A stretch of 14,222 bases of DNA from Promethearchaeota archaeon (lineage in GTDB: Archaea > Asgardarchaeota > Lokiarchaeia > Sigyniarchaeales > SOKP01). The position numbers and the translations under genes were made by a program. This document shows positions 9,372 to 14,222 of the stretch, piece after piece. Each line of letters starts with the position of its first letter. Position 1 is the first letter of the stretch. Where the stretch lies: the NCBI GenBank assembly GCA_048940645.1, contig JBHLOI010000077.1:1-14222 (forward strand), in the 5' to 3' direction. The notes beneath the pieces were generated by a model, which was given only the letters and a program-made list of their open reading frames with translations, was not told the DNA's origin and searched no databases.

Positions 9372-10316
9372 ATGATGATGATGAAAATTTTAATAAGTGA
9401 TGAATTTCAAGAAGAAGGTGTAGAAATTTTCGAAAAGAATGGATTTGAAGTCTCTAAGCAATTCACTATAACTAAAGAGGATCTAAAGAAAGAAATAAGT
9501 AACTACGATGCTATTGTTGTTCGCTCTAGAACTAAACTAACTGCGGATATATTAGAAAATGCAAAAAACTTAAAAGTTATTGGCAGAGCGGGAGTGGGAC
9601 TAGATAATATTGATTTGAAAAAAGCTGCCGAATTAAATATAAAGGTTTTAAATACTCCTGAAGCACCCTCAGTATCAGTTGCAGAATTATCTCTTGGATT
9701 AATGTTATCTTTAGCAAGAAAGATTTCTGATGCTGATCGTACTACTCACCAAGGAAAATGGAATAAAAAACAGTATTTAGGATTTACTTTAAAAGGAAAA
9801 AAGCTTGGATTAATAGGATTTGGCAATATTGCTAAAGAATTAGCGAGAGATGCTATAGCTCTGGGAATGAATGTAGGAGTTTATTCTAGATTTAGTAAAG
9901 GGCAAGTAGCTATTGATGAAGCTAAAAGTATTGGGTGTTCAATATATTCTTCAGTTGAAGATTTATTAAAAGATGCCCAGATAATATCGTTACATCTTCC
10001 TAGTACACCCCATACCGAGAATATACTTAATGAAGAAAGAATGAAACTTATGAGAAAGGATGCGATAATCATTAATACTGCTAGAGGTAGTTTAATTGAC
10101 GAAATGGCATTAATTAAAGTTCTAAAAAACAAAAATATTGCTGGTGCAGCATTAGATGTTTATCGTGAGGAACCACTAAAGGATCAAGAATTAATTAATT
10201 GTGAGGATAATTTGATACTTACACCTCATATAGCAAGTCAAACCATAGAAAATCAAGTGGATGCAGCAACAATGATTGCTGATAAAATTTCAGATTTTCT
10301 AAAAAAATATAAATAA
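9372..10316 (+). CDS. serA: D-3-phosphoglycerate dehydrogenase, short form without ACT/ASB domain
   Basis: VRSRTK, IGRAGVGLDNID, SVAEL, GFGNIA, INTARG (Arg), DVYREEP (Glu) and TPHIAS (His). It begins with (ATG)4, so the true start may be any of 9372-9381. Confidence 0.85.
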   Translation: MMMMKILISDEFQEEGVEIFEKNGFEVSKQFTITKEDLKKEISNYDAIVVRSRTKLTADILENAKNLKVIGRAGVGLDNIDLKKAAELNIKVLNTPEAPSVSVAELSLGLMLSLARKISDADRTTHQGKWNKKQYLGFTLKGKKLGLIGFGNIAKELARDAIALGMNVGVYSRFSKGQVAIDEAKSIGCSIYSSVEDLLKDAQIISLHLPSTPHTENILNEERMKLMRKDAIIINTARGSLIDEMALIKVLKNKNIAGAALDVYREEPLKDQELINCEDNLILTPHIASQTIENQVDAATMIADKISDFLKKYK

Positions 10317-10328
10317 TTAATTTTTTTT
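10317..10328 (+). terminator. Probable oligo-T terminator of the aminotransferase-serA operon
   Basis: TTAA followed by a T8 run immediately after the serA stop, in the 10-bp gap between convergent genes. Archaeal intrinsic terminators are T tracts. Confidence 0.45.
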
Positions 10329-11529
10329 AATTTTCTTTTAGCTCGTGCATAATTAATCCCGAGAGAACTTTTGGGTCAAACCAGGTAGATTTTGGAGGCA
10401 TCACTTCACCCTGATCTGCGATTGACTCTAAATCTCTTATATTTACGGGATATACGTTTATAAATAAATCATTTCCTTTCTCTGTTATATATTTCTCCAT
10501 TTCTTCAGGATTTTGTATACCACCAACGAAGAATATATTTTCATCAGAACGTGGATCAATAATCTTTAGAATTGGTTCCAGAATTTCATCTTGAAGAATA
10601 GCTACATCTAATGAATCTCTCTTAGATTTAAATTTTTTATTCTTTATTGTTAGTTTATACCAATTTCCCTTTAAACATATAACAATATCATTTTTCTTTT
10701 TTGGATTAACGGCATTTTCAATAGGTATTACTTTAAATTTTTCTTCTAATTTGCTTAAGAATTCACTTTCACTTATTGGAAGTTTTTTGATAACTCGATT
10801 ATAAGGTAGTATGCGAATTTGATCATCAGAAGCGACATAAGATAGTAAATATTGCCAAGGAGCATCGATTTCCTTTTCTACATTAGACTTTTTCAATTGA
10901 AGTTTCCGGTATTCTGCAGCACTTGCGGCTCTATGGTGACCATCAGCAATGTATATCTTTTCGTTCCTAAATAAATCTTTTAATTGTTCGAATTTATGAG
11001 GATCTTTTTCTTGCCATATAATATGTTCATAATCATATTTCTTGAAGATAAACTTAGGTTTTTGCTGTTTTATTTGTTCAATTACAGTGTTAATTTTTTC
11101 ATTAGCCCGAAAGACAGTCCAAACTAAACCTACCGCAACATTTGTCGCTACAATATGATTTGTCCTGTCTTTAAGTGGCTTTTCGCGTGTAAATTCATGT
11201 TTTACAATATTTCCTTCTTCATAATCTTGAAGTGAAACTCCAATTATCAATCCTTGATGACTAAAAATAGCTGATTCTTGACGATATACAAAAATACTTG
11301 GATTTTTTTCTTTATTAATGATATTTTTATCTTTAAATGCTTTATAAGCTTTAGCAGCGTTTAGATAAATTTCATTACCTTCTCCATCAGGTAAAATAAG
11401 ATGGATTAACGAAGCGGAATTCCTCTTTAATTCTTGTTCTTCCTCTTTACTAATTACATCATAAGGATTGGTACAGAATTCTTCTGGATTTACGGGAATG
11501 TATGGTTTAAGCGGAGATATATTTACCAT
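10327..11529 (-). CDS. DUF1015 family protein (ParB/Srx-like nucleotide-binding motif)
   Basis: PYDVIS, IVKHEFT...DR, IYIADGHHRAASA, ILPYNRV, SLDVAILQ and MPPKSTWFDPK..SGL, all characteristic of DUF1015. Confidence 0.92.
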   Translation of the reverse strand: MVNISPLKPYIPVNPEEFCTNPYDVISKEEEQELKRNSASLIHLILPDGEGNEIYLNAAKAYKAFKDKNIINKEKNPSIFVYRQESAIFSHQGLIIGVSLQDYEEGNIVKHEFTREKPLKDRTNHIVATNVAVGLVWTVFRANEKINTVIEQIKQQKPKFIFKKYDYEHIIWQEKDPHKFEQLKDLFRNEKIYIADGHHRAASAAEYRKLQLKKSNVEKEIDAPWQYLLSYVASDDQIRILPYNRVIKKLPISESEFLSKLEEKFKVIPIENAVNPKKKNDIVICLKGNWYKLTIKNKKFKSKRDSLDVAILQDEILEPILKIIDPRSDENIFFVGGIQNPEEMEKYITEKGNDLFINVYPVNIRDLESIADQGEVMPPKSTWFDPKVLSGLIMHELKEN

Positions 11530-11587
11530 AATATTAAATAAAAGATATGAGTTTATATATTAATTTCGATTATTTGATTGCTTGTTT

Positions 11588-12130
11588 CTATATTTTATAT
11601 CCTTCTAGATTTAATAATTGTGTTTTGAGGTTAGTTTCCCATGTTTTATCTGATTTACCCATGAAACCACCGACTTCCCCATTTTTTCTTAATACACGAT
11701 GACAAGGAATTATTAATGGTAGTGGATTTGCCTTACAAACATTACCTATGGCTCGAAACGCTTTAGAATTTATTTTATTCCCAATATCATAATATGTGGT
11801 TATTTCACCAGGATTTATCTGTAAAAGTGCTTCAATTACCTTTCGAGAGAAATCTGATTTAAATTTATTATTTAGATCTAACTCAACGTTAAGCTTTTTA
11901 ATTTCTTTATATATATTAAGCCGCTGACCGCGCAAATAATTTAAAATTAGATTTTCAATTTGAGAAAGAAGTGCAAACTCGTTGCCATTAATTTTAGCTG
12001 GAGGGGTGTGATTATTTAATTTAATATAATCTAATACTTCTTTTTTATTCTTGAATATATCTAATTCTTCTAATTTTATCTTTTTCTTATTTTTTGAATA
12101 TTTATATGAAAGAAGGATAAAAATATTCAT
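11588..12130 (-). CDS. ogt: Methylated-DNA--protein-cysteine methyltransferase (MGMT)
   Basis: GEITTYYDIG...AFRAIGNVCKANPLPLIIPCHRV, with the active-site Cys, and a C-terminal K..LL.LEG. The start position is uncertain. Confidence 0.93.
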   Translation of the reverse strand: MNIFILLSYKYSKNKKKIKLEELDIFKNKKEVLDYIKLNNHTPPAKINGNEFALLSQIENLILNYLRGQRLNIYKEIKKLNVELDLNNKFKSDFSRKVIEALLQINPGEITTYYDIGNKINSKAFRAIGNVCKANPLPLIIPCHRVLRKNGEVGGFMGKSDKTWETNLKTQLLNLEGYKI

Positions 12131-12329
12131 TTGATCAGACTTAAAAAAGTATGCGGTAATTTTTTTTTACCTCACGGATGATTTTAATTTATCAATTCGA
12201 TAACTATATAAATTAAATCTATTATCTCTCTATTAATATTATTTATCATTATTAAATAAAAACTATAAAATTTTATTTGCAAGTATAATTTGATAGATTA
12301 TTTTTATACTTTTTAAGAGTTAGTATACT

Positions 12330-13367
12330 ATGTCTAAAGATTTAAAAAATTTAATAGATGATATTGAATCGAGTGAAAAACAAACTGCAGTATTACAATC
12401 TAAAATTGATAGATTAAAAGAATTTGTTGAAAGACAAAATAAAATCATCAGAGATCATGAAGATATCATAGAAGAGCAAAAAACGAAAATTTCTAGAATG
12501 TATGATATTCCAGATGATGTATTGGAATTAAAAGAATTAATTGTTACACAGAGAGCATTGATTAATGAAAAAGAAAGAGAATTAGAAATGGCTAAAGGGA
12601 ATGTTGTTGAGGCCCAAAGAGAAATGGATTATGCTAAAAAGCAAAACATCCCTACTCAAAGAAGATTAGATGAATCTCTTGAAATAAGTGGAAATCTAAA
12701 AGCAGAATTAGCTGAAAAAAATTCTGAAATTTTATTAAAAAATGAAGCTATAAAGAGTCTTGAAAATAAAGTTCAAGAAATTCAAGCATTTGCTGATAAA
12801 TTGCAAGATGAACAAGTAAAATTGTTATCAGATATGGATCAAAAGTGGAAAACAGAGATTGAGAACATGAAGAATGAGCACTTCGAAGAAAAAAAGGAGT
12901 TAAGTGCTAAAATTGCTGAATTAGATAAATTTCTTTTGGATTTTAAGTTGGTTTCAACAGAAGCTACTTCTGAAGCAAAAGATGTGAAATCTAGATTTGA
13001 AGAAATTCATCAAAAGTATGAAGATCTAATTAACAGGGTTGAACAATTAAGAGATGAAAAGAGAGAAGCTGAAAAAAAAATAAGGCAATTACAAGAAAGG
13101 GTCGATGAAGTGGAAAAGTTTAAAAATGAAAACCTGAAGAAAATTATCTATTTTGATAAACTCACCACATTAATGGAAAAAGAAACTCAATTTAGAGCTT
13201 TCTTAATAGTTGAAAAAGTTGGATCAATTAGCATAGAAGATCTTAGAAATGCACTTGGTTCCCCTATTGTTTTAGTAAAAAAGATCGTACAAAACCTCAA
13301 AGATGCTGATCTTTTTGAGTTAGCTGATAATGGTAAAATTTCTGTAAGAAAAGTTGAAATATCTTAA
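12330..13367 (+). CDS. Long coiled-coil protein with a C-terminal winged-helix-like domain, function unknown
   Basis: About 280 aa of E/K/Q-rich heptad sequence with no Walker motifs. The C-terminal FRAFLIVEKVGSISIEDLRNALGSPIVLVKKIVQNLKDADLFELADNGKISV fits the wHTH pattern. Confidence 0.8.
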   Translation: MSKDLKNLIDDIESSEKQTAVLQSKIDRLKEFVERQNKIIRDHEDIIEEQKTKISRMYDIPDDVLELKELIVTQRALINEKERELEMAKGNVVEAQREMDYAKKQNIPTQRRLDESLEISGNLKAELAEKNSEILLKNEAIKSLENKVQEIQAFADKLQDEQVKLLSDMDQKWKTEIENMKNEHFEEKKELSAKIAELDKFLLDFKLVSTEATSEAKDVKSRFEEIHQKYEDLINRVEQLRDEKREAEKKIRQLQERVDEVEKFKNENLKKIIYFDKLTTLMEKETQFRAFLIVEKVGSISIEDLRNALGSPIVLVKKIVQNLKDADLFELADNGKISVRKVEIS

Positions 13368-13386
13368 CTATTTATATTTCTTTTTA
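13368..13386 (+). terminator. Possible T-rich terminator between convergent genes
   Basis: CTATTTATATTTCTTTTTA directly after the stop codon. Confidence 0.3.
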
Positions 13387-13412
13387 TCAAATATCAATAA
13401 AATCTTAGAGTA

Positions 13413-13790
13413 TTAAATTTTCGCAAGGTCCTTATATAAATCAGGTAAAACCTTTTTGAATTTACCATCCTGAATTTTTTCTAAAATCTCAGCAGCAATT
13501 GTTTTTAGGATCTCTCTATATTTGTTGGGTTTCTCATCTCGTCTGAGTAAAAGAGCTACAACATAATTTTCAACACTAATATGATCAGATCCAACCCCAG
13601 AGAAAAAAGATACAACCTTATTGTTCTTCAATGAGATGCTTGCAAAACCAGGGCGAAGACTTTGGTATCTATGTGAAGAATATACTTGTGTAAGTAAGTT
13701 ATTTGTAATTTTTAGGTTTTCTGGGTAAAAACCTTCATTTATTGGTCCAATCTCATTATCCCATCGAATTACTAGTATCCCAACCGGCAA
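13413..13790 (-). CDS. Small stand-alone longin/uDENN-like (NPRL2-type) domain protein; TTG start
   Basis: 125 aa. GILVIRWDNEIGP...FYP resembles the F/WDxxxGP...YP opening of uDENN/NPRL2 longin domains. The apparent order is beta-beta-helix-beta-beta-beta-helix-helix (FASISL, VVSFF, YVVALLL, then two helices). Confidence 0.65.
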   Translation of the reverse strand: MPVGILVIRWDNEIGPINEGFYPENLKITNNLLTQVYSSHRYQSLRPGFASISLKNNKVVSFFSGVGSDHISVENYVVALLLRRDEKPNKYREILKTIAAEILEKIQDGKFKKVLPDLYKDLAKI

Positions 13791-14100
13791 AACAAAAACC
13801 TTCTGAATAGTTAAAATATGAAATTATTTCTTTTATTATAAATTTATTATCTTGTCATTATTTATTTATTTTATTTTTATAATATATTTTCTATTAAATA
13901 ATAATGTCATTTGTTTTATCAAAAAAAATATAACGTATTAATTGACAATCTGAGAAGAACTAATAAAAAGAAGCCAGAGTATTCAAAGTAAAACTTTAAA
14001 TTAGAAATAAAATTTTTTTCAATATTACTGAACTCGCCTAATAGAAAGCATGAGAAATATCTAAAAATAGAAAAGAGGAGAATAAATTAATATTATAAAA

Positions 14101-14219
14101 GGCGGGGTTACCGAGTCTGGTCAATGGTTGTGTCTTAAAATGGGTCAAGACCGATTATAGGTGCTGGACTTAAGATCCAGTGGCAAAGGCCTTCGGGAGT
14201 TCAAATCTCCCCCCCGCCA
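14101..14219 (+). tRNA. tRNA-Leu(TAA) with a 34-nt intron at position 21/22 (exons 14101-14124 and 14159-14219); no encoded CCA
   Basis: Acceptor stem GGCGGGG/CCCCGCC with discriminator A14219. D-stem ACCG/AGGT forms after intron removal. Anticodon arm CTGGA-CTTAAGA-TCCAG (TAA at 14171-14173), long variable arm GGC-AAAG-GCC, T-arm GGGAG-TTCAAAT-CTCCC. Confidence 0.95.
14125..14158 (+). other. tRNA intron with a relaxed BHB splice motif
   Basis: Central 4-bp helix GGTC/GATT (two G-U pairs), bulges AA^T and AT^A, intron helix GGTT/GACC. Splicing restores the typical archaeal Leu D-loop TGGTCAA|AGG. Confidence 0.85.
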
Positions 14220-14222
14220 TTT

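Noticed and set aside
8407-10132. Antisense ORFs 8407-8652 and 9881-10132
   Set aside because: Shadow ORFs opposite the aminotransferase and serA.
12330-13367. Calling the coiled-coil protein SMC, CdvA or ESCRT-III
   Set aside because: No Walker A/B motifs or hinge, no N-terminal beta-barrel and no recognisable Snf7 pattern.
13791-14100. AT-rich gap beside the tRNA as a possible att site, origin or small gene
   Set aside because: No integrase, no duplicated tRNA end, no ORB-like repeats and no convincing ORF were seen. It is consistent with divergent promoters, whose TATA boxes cannot be placed reliably in such AT-rich DNA.
14119-14155. Alternative BHB register pairing exon GGTC with GACC (14149-14152)
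   Set aside because: It leaves no intron helix next to the 5' bulge and would yield an oversized D-loop.

Overview
A very AT-rich, gene-dense archaeal chromosomal segment, most likely from an Asgard archaeon (Lokiarchaeia-like). That assignment is an inference from the proteasome beta subunit, the geranylgeranyl reductase, an archaeal tRNA with a bulge-helix-bulge (BHB) intron and no encoded CCA, and a stand-alone longin/uDENN-like protein. In order, the window holds: a PflX-like radical SAM gene running off the left edge (absent from the ORF track); a stand-alone GIFT (IFT52/GldG-like) domain protein; psmB; a geranylgeranyl reductase; a DUF998-like membrane protein; an EamA transporter; a metallo-beta-lactamase (MBL)-fold hydrolase; two tandem paralogous membrane proteins; a class V aminotransferase plus SerA operon converging on a DUF1015 (ParB/Srx-motif) gene; ogt/MGMT; a long coiled-coil protein with a C-terminal winged helix; a small NPRL2/uDENN-like longin protein; and tRNA-Leu(TAA) with a 34-nt intron at the non-canonical D-arm position 21/22. 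The best leads are the SerC-like/SerA/DUF1015 serine module with no serB in the window, the eukaryote-signature-like proteins (GIFT, longin, coiled-coil plus winged helix) and the D-arm tRNA intron. No mobile element or CRISPR array was seen. All family calls come from motif recognition by eye, not from database searches.
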